Origin: Alphaproteobacteria bacterium
Lineage (GTDB): Bacteria > Pseudomonadota > Alphaproteobacteria > SP197
Reading direction: 5' to 3'
Assembly (NCBI GenBank): GCA_965228895.1
Contig: OZ245842.1
Span: forward strand, 3,552,001 to 3,616,000
Length of the DNA stretch: 64,000 bases
Part shown: positions 8,186 to 17,326 of the stretch, piece by piece
Position numbering within the stretch: position 1 is the stretch's first letter
Layout: every line of letters begins with the position of its first letter
Made by a program: the position numbers and the translations under genes
The notes under the pieces: generated by a model
What the model was told of the DNA's origin: nothing
The model's input: only the letters and a program-made list of their open reading frames with translations
The model's database searches: none

Positions 8186-10099
8186 ATGACCGGACACCGT
8201 CTCGACCCTCTGTTGACGCCGCGCTCGATCGCGCTGGTCGGCGCCTCCGACCGGACCGGCACGGTCGGCCATGGCATGGTCGCCGGCCTCAAGGACGCCG
8301 GCTTCTCCGGCCCGCTCTATGCGGTCAACCCGAAGTATGACGCGGTCCAGGGCGTCCCCTGCTTTGCGTCCCTGACCGACCTGCCGGAGCCCGTCGACCT
8401 GGCGGTGCTCGGCGTCAACTCGATCCGCATTGAACAGCAGATGGCCGACGCCATCGCGCTCGGCGCACGCGCGTGCGCGATCTTCGATAGCTGTTATCTG
8501 GACGACGAGACCGATCGCGGCCTCCTGAGGCGCCTGCGCGCGATGGCGCGCGAGGCCGACATGCCGGTCTGCGGCGGCAACGGCATGGGTTACCTCAACA
8601 TGGAGGCCTGGCTGCCCGTGACGATCTATAACGCCGTGCCGAAGATGAAGCGCGGCGGCAACGTCACCTTCATCACCCATTCGGGCACGGTGTTTTCAGA
8701 GATCGGCCTCAACGACCCGCGTTACGCCTGCAACCTCATCGTCTCGTGTGGCCAAGAGATCAACGGCACCATGGCCGACTACATCGATTATGCACTCGGC
8801 CTTTCGTCGACGCGCGTCATCGCGCTTTTCATGGAGGCCGCGCGCGATCCCGGCGCCTTGACGGCCGCGCTCGACAAGGCGCGCAAGCAAGGCGTGCCCG
8901 TCGTTGCTATGAAGGTCGGGCGCACCGACCTTGCCGCCGACTATGCTCTCGTCCATTCAGGCGCCATCACCGGCGACGACGCGGTCTACCAGGCCGTGTT
9001 CGACCGCTACGGCGTGCTGCGCGTCGACACCATGGATGACATGGCGAACCTCCTGACTTTGCTGTCGAACCCACGCGATGTCGCCGACGGCGGTCTTGCC
9101 GCCGTGCTCGATTCCGGTGGCGAACGCGAGATGCTGGTCGATCTTGCGGATACAGTGGGCACGCCGTTGACCACGCTGTCGCCGGCCACCTGCGAAGCGC
9201 TGCGCCCGCGCCTGCATCACTCGCTCGAACCGGTCAACCCTTTGGACGCCTGGGGCACCGCCGACAACTACGAAGAAGACTTCGAAGAGTACCTGGCGGT
9301 GATGGCGGGCGACCCCGGCACCGCGATGGTCGTCTTCTGCGGCGACATGACATGGAGCCCGAACGTCAAGGAGGGTTACCCCAAGGCCCTGGTCGAGGCG
9401 ACAAAGCGCACCGACAAACCGGTCGGCGTGCTCATCAACATGCCGACATCCGGTTTCATGGAGGTCGGTCTGGAGATGGCCGAGGCGGGCCTCGTGGTGT
9501 TGTCCGGCACGAAATCGGGCCTGACCGCCTTGCGCCATGCCATGACCTGGCGCGACCGTGACAGCCACACGCATGACGCCGGCCTCGAGGCGGCCGATCC
9601 GGCTATCCTAGAACGGTGGCGCGAGAAGCTCGCCTCGGGCGCGCGACCCAGCAACGAAGACGCCCTCGCTCTTCTGGCCGATTTCGGTGTCGCGGCATTG
9701 GCTGGTGCGACGCCTGCCGGCGATCATCCGCCGCTCACCTTTTCGATGATCCGCGATGATCAGTTCGGCCCGGTTGTGACGCTCGCCTTTGACGGCGCGT
9801 TGGGTCGCGCGACAAACGACACGCGCCATGCCCTGCCGTCGCTTGGTCCTGACGCCGCGCGGCGCCTGATCGCGAGCCTTTGCCTGCACCGCCTGCTAAG
9901 TGCCGCCGATGGCCAGCCGGACGGACCGGTGGGCGCTTTGGCCCGGGCATTCTCCGCCTTCTCCGCGGTTGTCGCGGCTCTCGGCGAAAGCCTGAATGGT
10001 CTCGATGCCCATGGGATCATTGCCACACCCAATGGCTGCACGGTCGACAACGCCAACCTTGGCCTTCGTCAATCCGGCGAAGCGTCTGAATCCGCGTGA
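8186..10099 (+). CDS. NDP-forming acyl-CoA synthetase family protein with reduced ATP-grasp region
   Basis: PRSIALVGAS, YAVNP, GGNGMG, KVGRT...HSGAITG, NPLD, DDQFGPVV. Confidence 0.85.
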   Translation: MTGHRLDPLLTPRSIALVGASDRTGTVGHGMVAGLKDAGFSGPLYAVNPKYDAVQGVPCFASLTDLPEPVDLAVLGVNSIRIEQQMADAIALGARACAIFDSCYLDDETDRGLLRRLRAMAREADMPVCGGNGMGYLNMEAWLPVTIYNAVPKMKRGGNVTFITHSGTVFSEIGLNDPRYACNLIVSCGQEINGTMADYIDYALGLSSTRVIALFMEAARDPGALTAALDKARKQGVPVVAMKVGRTDLAADYALVHSGAITGDDAVYQAVFDRYGVLRVDTMDDMANLLTLLSNPRDVADGGLAAVLDSGGEREMLVDLADTVGTPLTTLSPATCEALRPRLHHSLEPVNPLDAWGTADNYEEDFEEYLAVMAGDPGTAMVVFCGDMTWSPNVKEGYPKALVEATKRTDKPVGVLINMPTSGFMEVGLEMAEAGLVVLSGTKSGLTALRHAMTWRDRDSHTHDAGLEAADPAILERWREKLASGARPSNEDALALLADFGVAALAGATPAGDHPPLTFSMIRDDQFGPVVTLAFDGALGRATNDTRHALPSLGPDAARRLIASLCLHRLLSAADGQPDGPVGALARAFSAFSAVVAALGESLNGLDAHGIIATPNGCTVDNANLGLRQSGEASESA

Positions 10100-10309
10100 T
10101 TTATGCGTTTCCCGGCCTGCTTGTGGTGGGGTCAAACATCACTAGAATAAATCCGGGGTCGGGGCGCGTTCCGATAACCTACACGCGAAGCCGCAGACAA
10201 CTCCGCGAAGGAGGTTGCGTGTCCCGGCCCTAAGCACGTGCATGACGCTCGTGTGAGGGCCGACACTGGCAAAGCACCCGCATCCATCGCATGTATAGGG
10301 CCAGACGTT

Positions 10310-10449
10310 CTAGAGCAGATCCTGTTTTGATGGAATCGCTTCGCGATGACATCAAGACGGGTGAATCTGCTCTACTCATAGATGGAGAGCGGATTCACAT
10401 GGATAGGTGGAACCGTCAAACGGTTCCACCTATCCATGATCCGCTCCAG
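10310..10449. repeat. Two-armed palindromic intergenic element (CIR/RIME/BRU-RS-like)
   Basis: Termini CTAGAGCAGATC / GATCCGCTCCAG are inverted; two long hairpin arms; perfect 19-bp IR at 10398-10416/10420-10438; GANTC sites flank the centre. Confidence 0.8.
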
Positions 10450-10471
10450 GATGGACTGCCGGGACCGACCG

Positions 10472-11380
10472 ATGACCCGAACAGCACGATACGTCACGCG
10501 CGCCCTGTGCGCTCTTTTGCTTTTCGTTTTCACAACGCCCCTGGCGCTGGCCGAACCAAACTTCGACCGCGGCCTTTTGTGGCGCGTCGAACGTGAGGGC
10601 CTGCCGCCCAGCTTCGTCTTCGGCACCGTTCACGTCACCGACGAACGGGTGCTGCAGGTGCCCAAGCCGGTCACCGGCGCACTGGCGCAAAGCAAGACGG
10701 CTGTCTTCGAGCTGATCGTGACACCGGAGCTGCAGGCCGAACTGGCCGGCGCCATGATGTTCACCGACGGGACGTCGCTCAAACAGCTCACCGGCGAGGA
10801 ACTGTTCGCCACGACCAGCGACGTCGCGGCGTCTTATGGTCTGGTTCCCTCGGTCTTGAACTTGATCAAACCATGGGCACTCATCGCCATGTTCAGTGCG
10901 CCGCCGGAGGAGACCCAGCGTCAGGCGCTCGGCCATCCCATGCTCGACGCGTGGCTGCAGGACGAAGCGCGGCGACAGAACAAGAAGCTCTTGGCGCTGG
11001 AAGAACCGGACGAACAGATCGCCGCGCTCGAAGGCCTTGAGCTTGAGCACCAGCTCGAACTGCTGCGCGCGACCGTCGAGAACAAACCAGACGTCGACCG
11101 CATGTTCGCCGACACGCTCGACCTCTATCTCGACCGAGACCTCGCCGGCCTGCAGCGCCTGACCGAGGACGAGACGGCGGCAGGCGTGGGTCGCGAGGTG
11201 CTCGACGACTTCAACCAGAACCTGATCGTCGACCGCAACGACACCATGGCCGAGCGCCTGTTGCCGCTGATGAAGGAAGGCGGCGTCTTCGTCGCCGTCG
11301 GCGCGCTGCACCTGCCCGGCGACAACGGCCTCTTGAACCAGCTGTCCGACGCCGGCTACGAGGTTACTGTCGTCTACTAG
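10472..11380 (+). CDS. TraB/GumN family exported protein
   Basis: Signal peptide; LLWRV...FGTVH, RNDTMAERL, FVAVGALHLPG. Confidence 0.92.
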   Translation: MTRTARYVTRALCALLLFVFTTPLALAEPNFDRGLLWRVEREGLPPSFVFGTVHVTDERVLQVPKPVTGALAQSKTAVFELIVTPELQAELAGAMMFTDGTSLKQLTGEELFATTSDVAASYGLVPSVLNLIKPWALIAMFSAPPEETQRQALGHPMLDAWLQDEARRQNKKLLALEEPDEQIAALEGLELEHQLELLRATVENKPDVDRMFADTLDLYLDRDLAGLQRLTEDETAAGVGREVLDDFNQNLIVDRNDTMAERLLPLMKEGGVFVAVGALHLPGDNGLLNQLSDAGYEVTVVY

Positions 11381-11458
11381 GCCCAGTCCTCATAAACTCG
11401 ACATCTCGGGCACATCCGTGCCGCGGGAACAACGTCGAACATGCGGGGGCAGCTTTCG

Positions 11459-12220
11459 ATGCCGAACAGAAAAGACCGGATACGCGCTCTGCTCAAAAGC
11501 ATCGAGACCGGTGACCCCGCGCCGATCGCCGTCGTCGATCAGGAACGATACATTCAGCACAACCCCCAGACACACGAGGGTAGCGAGGGGTTGGAGGTGT
11601 TGTTCGAGCACCTGTCGAAGACCTCGCCGCGCGTCAACATTGTGCGCGCATTCGAGGATGGGGACTTTGTCTTCGCCCACACCGAGTATGACTTCTCAAA
11701 GTCGAACATCGGTTTCGAAGTCTTTCGGTTTGACGGTGATCGCGCCGTCGAGCACTGGGATAACATCCAAAGACGGCAAGGTCCGAACCCATCGGGCCAT
11801 ACCATGGTCGATGGGCCGACCGAGGCAACGGACCCAACACTGACCGAAACGAACCGCCAGACCGTGCGCGCGTTTGTTGAGGACGTCTTGGTGGGCCGCC
11901 GGCTTGACGCGCTGGAAAGCTGCGTCGACGAAGCAAGCTTTACGCAACACAATCCGCGGATGGCCGATGGCCTGCCAGCTCTTCGCTCGGCTTTGGAAAG
12001 CCGATCAGGCAACGGCTTCGCGATCGCGTACGACCATATCCATCGCGTGCTCGCCGAGGGCAACTTCGTGCTTACGGTCTGCGAAGGATCCCTGAATGGC
12101 GTCCATTCCTCATTCTATGACCTCTTTCGTGTCGATGGCGGCAAGCTCGTCGAGCATTGGGACACGATCGAGACGATCCCGCCACGCAGCGCGTGGAAGA
12201 ACGACAACGGCAAGTTCTAA
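11459..12220 (+). CDS. Tandem NTF2/SnoaL-like domain protein
   Basis: Two repeats of QHNP...EHWD. Confidence 0.88.
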   Translation: MPNRKDRIRALLKSIETGDPAPIAVVDQERYIQHNPQTHEGSEGLEVLFEHLSKTSPRVNIVRAFEDGDFVFAHTEYDFSKSNIGFEVFRFDGDRAVEHWDNIQRRQGPNPSGHTMVDGPTEATDPTLTETNRQTVRAFVEDVLVGRRLDALESCVDEASFTQHNPRMADGLPALRSALESRSGNGFAIAYDHIHRVLAEGNFVLTVCEGSLNGVHSSFYDLFRVDGGKLVEHWDTIETIPPRSAWKNDNGKF

Positions 12221-12229
12221 GCGGCCGCC

Positions 12230-12442
12230 CTAATCGAATTCGTCCAGGTCCTCAGGCGTCGTTTCCATGGCCGGCCAACGCCAGAACGCCGCGACCCAGA
12301 ACAGCGCGATGTTGGCGATCGGCACATAGGCCAGAAGACCCCATAGCTGGGATCGGCCCATCTTCTTCAAGACCCAGAAGAACGGCAGGAAGACGACGAT
12401 CCACAGCATCAGTGTCCAATGGATCAACGAGAGCGAGCCCAT
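12230..12442 (-). CDS. Small membrane protein (70 aa), cassette A gene 2
   Basis: Hydrophobic; LPFFWVLKKMGR...FWRWP...EFD*; TGATG overlap with upstream gene; paralog of 13684-13911. Confidence 0.75.
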   Translation of the reverse strand: MGSLSLIHWTLMLWIVVFLPFFWVLKKMGRSQLWGLLAYVPIANIALFWVAAFWRWPAMETTPEDLDEFD

Positions 12443-12627
12443 CACGTTGCTCCCCGCCGCCACGGCCGTTTCGCCAGGAGCAAAAGCGCGATCGGCAGAC
12501 CGATGATCGGTATCAGCACGAACAGGCTGAACGCCCATGAGGCACCTGAACGCGAAAACATGATCGCGATCGGAATGCCGAACAGCACATAGGCACCGAC
12601 CATATGGACGATCAGAAATACAGACAT
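12442..12627 (-). CDS. Small membrane protein (61 aa), cassette A gene 1
   Basis: GAGGTG RBS; GIPIAIMFSRSG...LIPIIGLPIA; paralog of 13908-14093. Confidence 0.75.
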   Translation of the reverse strand: MSVFLIVHMVGAYVLFGIPIAIMFSRSGASWAFSLFVLIPIIGLPIALLLLAKRPWRRGAT

Positions 12628-12687
12628 CGCCTCACCTCTGTTGCGAATGAAAGTGTCGCGTCGATGCCGCGCGCCTGTCCAGCCGGG

Positions 12688-12725
12688 TTGACAAGTCGAA
12701 CCTCAGTATATAACTAGTTAGTTAT
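12688..12725 (+). promoter_or_regulatory. Putative sigma70 promoter with ArsR operator
   Basis: TTGACA at 12688, TATATAAC nearby; dyad ATAAC-N6-GTTAT at 12710-12725 overlapping the ArsR start. Confidence 0.55.
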
Positions 12726-13095
12726 GGAACTGACTCGTTATGAACAAACACCGGCGAACCTGGACGCCGTGTTCTCCGCGCTGGCCGACCCGACACGGCG
12801 CGCCATCTTGTCGCGCCTTGCCGACGGTCAAGCCTCGGTCAACGAGATCGCCTCGCCGTTCTCCATGAGCCAGCCCGCGGTGTCGCGCCACCTGAAGGTC
12901 TTAGAACGGGCCGGCTTGATCGAGCGCGACATCGACCAGCAGCGCCGCCCCGCCCGGCTCAAAGCCGAAACGATGGCGGACGCCGTCGCGTGGTTGGAGC
13001 GTTTCCGGGCGTTCTGGGGCGACAGCTTCAACCAGCTCGACGATCTTCTCACCGACATGAAACTCACCAATCAGAAAGAAACAGACAATGCCTGA
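12724..13095 (+). CDS. ArsR/SmtB family regulator
   Basis: FSALADPTRRAIL, SQPAVSRHLKVLERAGLI. Confidence 0.93.
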   Translation: MELTRYEQTPANLDAVFSALADPTRRAILSRLADGQASVNEIASPFSMSQPAVSRHLKVLERAGLIERDIDQQRRPARLKAETMADAVAWLERFRAFWGDSFNQLDDLLTDMKLTNQKETDNA

Positions 13096-13591
13096 CACAC
13101 CCGAACACACCCTCGACCGGATCTTCGACGCGCCCCGCGCCACGGTCTGGCGCGCCTGGACCGAGCCTGAGCTCTTGGCGCGCTGGTACGGTCCGGGCGT
13201 CGAGACGATCATTCACGGCTATGATCTGAAGCCCGGCGGCGCCTGGCTCAATGAGATGCGATGGGGCGACAAAGCCGATCGCAGCAAGATGGTGTTTCAG
13301 GAGGTCGTGCCGGAGGAAAGACTGGTCTGGCACCACTCCTCGACCGACGCCGACTGGAACATCATCACCAATCCGATGATGGCGGATTGGCCGCGCGTGC
13401 TGCTGACCACCGTGACGTTCGAGGATCAGGGCGGACAGACGAAGGTTCGGCTGACCATGGTGCCCCTTGACGCAACCGACGCCGAGATCGCCTGCTTTGT
13501 CGGCGCGGTGGCCGGCATGGATAAGGGCTGGGGCAGCGGCTACGTCATTCTCGACGAGATGCTTGCCGAGCTTAAGGCAGCAGCCTCCTAG
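13088..13591 (+). CDS. SRPBCC/AHSA1-domain protein
   Basis: RIFDAPRATVWRAWTEPELLARWYGP...GW; usual partner of this ArsR class. Confidence 0.92.
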   Translation: MPDTPEHTLDRIFDAPRATVWRAWTEPELLARWYGPGVETIIHGYDLKPGGAWLNEMRWGDKADRSKMVFQEVVPEERLVWHHSSTDADWNIITNPMMADWPRVLLTTVTFEDQGGQTKVRLTMVPLDATDAEIACFVGAVAGMDKGWGSGYVILDEMLAELKAAAS

Positions 13592-13611
13592 TCCCTACCG
13601 TCAAAACGAAA

Positions 13612-13644
13612 GCGACCGGCGCGCCAATTGAGCGCGCCGGTCGC
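13612..13644. terminator. Hairpin between convergent genes, probable terminator
   Basis: GCGACCGGCGCGC-N7-GCGCGCCGGTCGC, a 13-bp perfect stem. Confidence 0.65.
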
Positions 13645-13683
13645 GGTTTCCGCTCCGGGCCGGGCGCAGCGCCCGGACGGCAG

Positions 13684-13911
13684 CTAGTCGAACTCGGCCA
13701 TGCTGTACCGGTAACCGTCGACAGACGGCCAGCGCCAGAAGGCAAAGACCCAGTACATCACAACGTTGACGAGCGGCACGAACAGAAGGACGCCCCACCA
13801 CGGTGTCCGGCCCATCTTCTTCAAGACCCAGAAGAAGGGCAGGATCGGCAGCACAATAAGGATCAACGCCACAACGATGATCATGCCGCCGGCCATCTCG
13901 TCCGGACTCAT
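13684..13911 (-). CDS. Small membrane protein (75 aa), cassette B gene 2
   Basis: LPFFWVLKKMGR...FWRWP...EFD*; ATGA overlap with upstream gene. Confidence 0.75.
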   Translation of the reverse strand: MSPDEMAGGMIIVVALILIVLPILPFFWVLKKMGRTPWWGVLLFVPLVNVVMYWVFAFWRWPSVDGYRYSMAEFD

Positions 13912-14093
13912 GCTCGCCTCGCACGCGGTTGCCAGTCGGACGCCGCCAAGATCACGGCGGCAATCGGTAAACCGATGTAAGGAATCAGAACCAACAGGCT
14001 CCAAGCCCATGTCTTGCCAATGCGGTTAAACATCACGGCAACGGGTATGCCGATCAGCATGTAGCCGACAATGGACATGATGACAGTTTCCAT
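13908..14093 (-). CDS. Small membrane protein (61 aa), cassette B gene 1
   Basis: GIPVAVMFNRIG...LIPYIGLPIA. Confidence 0.75.
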   Translation of the reverse strand: METVIMSIVGYMLIGIPVAVMFNRIGKTWAWSLLVLIPYIGLPIAAVILAASDWQPRARRA

Positions 14094-14266
14094 AATTATC
14101 CCCAATCACCCTCGGAAGCCGAATTATCGCGGCTGAACGGCGAAACTGTCGTGTGACGCCCACTACACCCGTGCTTTTTGGGCGTTTTGGCGCCAAGTTG
14201 GGTCGACAGACCCGTATTAGGCCCTCACGATGCCTGTTTGCAGCTGTTTCTGGAGGAATCGACGCC

Positions 14267-14608
14267 ATGGCCAAGGACCAACGCTCCATCGTTAACCTTT
14301 ATGACGCCACCTATGGCCCCTACGACATGGAAGGCCCGGTGCAGAAAGACATGAGCGTGTTGCTCGGCAGCTACAACAACGAAAGCCAACGCGGGATCTA
14401 CGTCATCCGCATGGAGCCGGGTGCGGAAACCATCGCCCATACCCACGGCTGCACCGAAGAGTTCTTGATCCTGGAAGGCGAGCTGATCGAGAGCGACGGC
14501 ACCGTCCTGAAGCACGGCGACCTCGTCACCTATGCGCCCGGCAGCCACCACAACTCGCGCACCGAAACCGGTTGCCTTTTGATCGGCTTCGACTGGGATC
14601 GGCCCTAA
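14267..14608 (+). CDS. ChrR-like cupin domain protein
   Basis: GGAGG RBS; HTHGCTEEFLILEG, PGSHH, TGC. Confidence 0.85.
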   Translation: MAKDQRSIVNLYDATYGPYDMEGPVQKDMSVLLGSYNNESQRGIYVIRMEPGAETIAHTHGCTEEFLILEGELIESDGTVLKHGDLVTYAPGSHHNSRTETGCLLIGFDWDRP

Positions 14609-15357
14609 ATTACGATCGGTACCAGCAGGCAGAGATAACAGGAGAGCGCCAGAGCCGGCCCGAACGGGAAGACCCGGCCGCGGCCCGTGCCGCGCCATAT
14701 CAGCGCCAGGACGACGCCGGCCAGGCCGCCCAGGACCAGAAAAGCCGGAACCAGCGGCAGACCCAACCATAAGCCCGCTACCGCCATCAACTTGACGTCG
14801 CCCAGGCCCAGGCCCTCGCGGCCCCGGATGCGGCGGTAGAGCCAACGCAACGCCATGCCGGCGGAACCCAGAATGAGCGCCGCGGCAAGGCCCAGGGCGC
14901 CGGCGCCAATCGGATCGCCAAGCGCCATCCACCAGCCTGGCGCCAGCACTGCCGCCGCAATCTGCAGCGGGTCCGGCAGATAGCCGTGCTCCAGGTCGAT
15001 CACCGCCATCATGATCATGATCAGGCCGAGTGCGGCCAGCATGGGGAACGCCGGCACGAAACCATAAGTGAGCCATGCCGCCAGGAACGCGACGGCGGTC
15101 GTGACCTCGATCGCCACATAGCGCACGCCGATCGCGGCACCACAGTGGCGACAGCGCCCGTGGGATAAAATCCAGGACAAAACCGGAACAAGATCGCGGG
15201 CGGTGAGCGCCGTCGCGCAGGCTGGGCACCGTGAACGCTGTTCACGGAAGCTCTCGCCGCGCGGCATCCGGTGGGTCAACATGGTTGCGAAACTGCCAAA
15301 AACTAGCCCTAATAGGGTAACCACTACCCCTTCCGAGAGCGTCCCGAGCACTGTCAT
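14605..15357 (-). CDS. pilD: Prepilin peptidase/N-methyltransferase
   Basis: GSF, RSRCPAC, GRCRHC, IDLE, GLGDVKL, PFGP. Confidence 0.93.
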   Translation of the reverse strand: MTVLGTLSEGVVVTLLGLVFGSFATMLTHRMPRGESFREQRSRCPACATALTARDLVPVLSWILSHGRCRHCGAAIGVRYVAIEVTTAVAFLAAWLTYGFVPAFPMLAALGLIMIMMAVIDLEHGYLPDPLQIAAAVLAPGWWMALGDPIGAGALGLAAALILGSAGMALRWLYRRIRGREGLGLGDVKLMAVAGLWLGLPLVPAFLVLGGLAGVVLALIWRGTGRGRVFPFGPALALSCYLCLLVPIVI

Positions 15358-15490
15358 CGGCCGGCGGCCCAGCGGGACGGCGTGGCGAAAATGCATCGCC
15401 TGATTGCAGAAAGATTCAAGATTCCCAACGGGTTGGTTCCAAATCCTTAAGTTCTAATGTATATGGAATCGGTAATGTACTGTTCTGGGG

Positions 15491-17236
15491 TTGGGGTTGG
15501 TGTCGTTGAGATCGGATATCTACACCAAGTCGCCGCCGCGCGCACGATTGGCGCTGGCGGCGATCGCCGTTGCGTCACTGCTGCTCGCAGCGTGCAACAA
15601 ACCGCTGGGTGATTTTCACGATTCCGATGCCGGCCTGACCAAGGCCGACTACGAAGACATCATCGGCAGTGCGGCGACCCCGCCGGACAGCAGCGCCGTG
15701 CTGGAGCCAGAAGCGCCACCGATCCCGGACCTGATGCCGGCGCTCGTCGCGCCAGTGCCGCCGGCCGGGCCGGAAAACCGCCTGGTATCGATTTCCGTCG
15801 TCGACACCGTGCCGATCCGAGACGTCCTGATCGAATTGGCCAGGGCGGCCGAGGTTGACCTGGAACTCGATCCCGCAATCGAGGGTGGGATCATCTTCAG
15901 CGCCCAGAACCGGCCCTTCATCGAGGTCATCGACCGCATCTCGGGCATGGCCAACCTGCGCTACGAGTACAAGGGCGGCATCTTGAGGATCGAAATCGAC
16001 CGGCCCTATCACGCGACCTACAAGGTCGAGCATCTGGCCGCCGCGAGGAGCGCCACCAGCTCCGTCGACATCTTCACCGACGTCTTCTCGGCGGTCGGTG
16101 ACAACTCCATCAGCAACGGCTCGGCCGCACGTATCGAGCAGGTCACCGAGAACGACTTCTATGGCGAGCTGGCGACCAATGTGCGTCAGATCCTGACCAA
16201 TTCCTCGCCGTCCGAGGAAATCGAAGAAATCCAGCTCGCTTCGGTCCAACCGACACTGGACGGTGAGGGCGAGGAAATCACCGATGCGGTCGCAGAACCG
16301 GTCGAGGACTTCTCCATCAACCGCCAGAGCGGCCTGCTTTCGGTTTACGCGACCCAGCGTCAGCACCGCCTGGTGCAGGACTATTTGCGCGAACTGATCA
16401 TCCGGTCGTCGTCGCAGATCGTGGTCGAGGCCAAGGTGTTGGAAGTCCAGCTGAGCGACGAGTTCCGCAGCGGCGTCGACTGGAGCGTGGTGGTCGGTCT
16501 GTTGGGCGGCAATGCCGGTTTCCTGCTGAACACCGGCATTGCCAACATCCCCAACAACGCGCCGGATCTGGCCCAGCTCAGCTTCGTCGGCGGCGATGTC
16601 GACGCGGTCGTCAACCTGATCAGCGAGTTCGGGACCACGCGTACGCTCGCCAACCCACGCCTGTCGATCACCAACAACGAGCCGGCGGTCCTGAAGGTCG
16701 CCCAGAATCAGGTCTATTTCACGCTTGAGTTCGAGACCAACACGACCCAGGGCGTCGTGACCGAGACCGTCGAGAGCACGGTCAACACGGTGCCGATCGG
16801 TCTCGTCATGCTGGTGCAGCCGTCGATCGATCTGGACACCAACCGCGTGACGTTGAGCCTGCGCCCGACCCTTTCCAACATCGTCGACTTTGTCGACGAT
16901 CCAGCGGTGTCGATCGAGTCCAACAACACCGTCATTTCGCAAGTCCCGGTCGTCGAGGTGCGCGAGTTCGATTCCATCGTCACCGCGCGGTCCGGCGAGG
17001 TCATCATTTTGGGCGGCCTGATGCAGGAGACCGCCCAGAACAACGAGGCCGGCCTGCCCGGCTTCCAGGACATCCCCTGGGTGGGCAACGCCTTCAAGTC
17101 GAATGACGACGATCGCGAGGTCCGCGAACTCGTCATCTTCCTGCGCGCCACCATCGTGCCCCAGCCGGTGCCGGCGCCTGCGGATATCGATCTCTACAAC
17201 ACCTTCGCCATCGACCCGCGGCCGCTCACATTCTAA
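15491..17236 (+). CDS. Outer-membrane secretin, MshL-like lipoprotein
   Basis: LLAAC lipobox; QIVVEAKVLEV, GVDW, NNEPAVLKV, ILGGLM, ELVIFL; start uncertain. Confidence 0.9.
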   Translation: MGLVSLRSDIYTKSPPRARLALAAIAVASLLLAACNKPLGDFHDSDAGLTKADYEDIIGSAATPPDSSAVLEPEAPPIPDLMPALVAPVPPAGPENRLVSISVVDTVPIRDVLIELARAAEVDLELDPAIEGGIIFSAQNRPFIEVIDRISGMANLRYEYKGGILRIEIDRPYHATYKVEHLAAARSATSSVDIFTDVFSAVGDNSISNGSAARIEQVTENDFYGELATNVRQILTNSSPSEEIEEIQLASVQPTLDGEGEEITDAVAEPVEDFSINRQSGLLSVYATQRQHRLVQDYLRELIIRSSSQIVVEAKVLEVQLSDEFRSGVDWSVVVGLLGGNAGFLLNTGIANIPNNAPDLAQLSFVGGDVDAVVNLISEFGTTRTLANPRLSITNNEPAVLKVAQNQVYFTLEFETNTTQGVVTETVESTVNTVPIGLVMLVQPSIDLDTNRVTLSLRPTLSNIVDFVDDPAVSIESNNTVISQVPVVEVREFDSIVTARSGEVIILGGLMQETAQNNEAGLPGFQDIPWVGNAFKSNDDDREVRELVIFLRATIVPQPVPAPADIDLYNTFAIDPRPLTF

Positions 17237-17326
17237 AATCACCATACGTCGGCGGGCTTTGTCTGGGGGTAGGCAAACGGCGGGTTTAGGGCGCATCGGG
17301 TTAAAGGGGAAGTTGGGTCTTAAGCC

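Noticed and set aside
10382-10471. N-terminal extension of the TraB/GumN ORF
   Set aside because: Runs through the palindromic repeat; the signal peptide begins at 10472.
12410-12442. TatA-like N-terminus (MGSLSLIHW)
   Set aside because: Lacks the FG hinge and amphipathic helix; the rest matches the cassette paralog.
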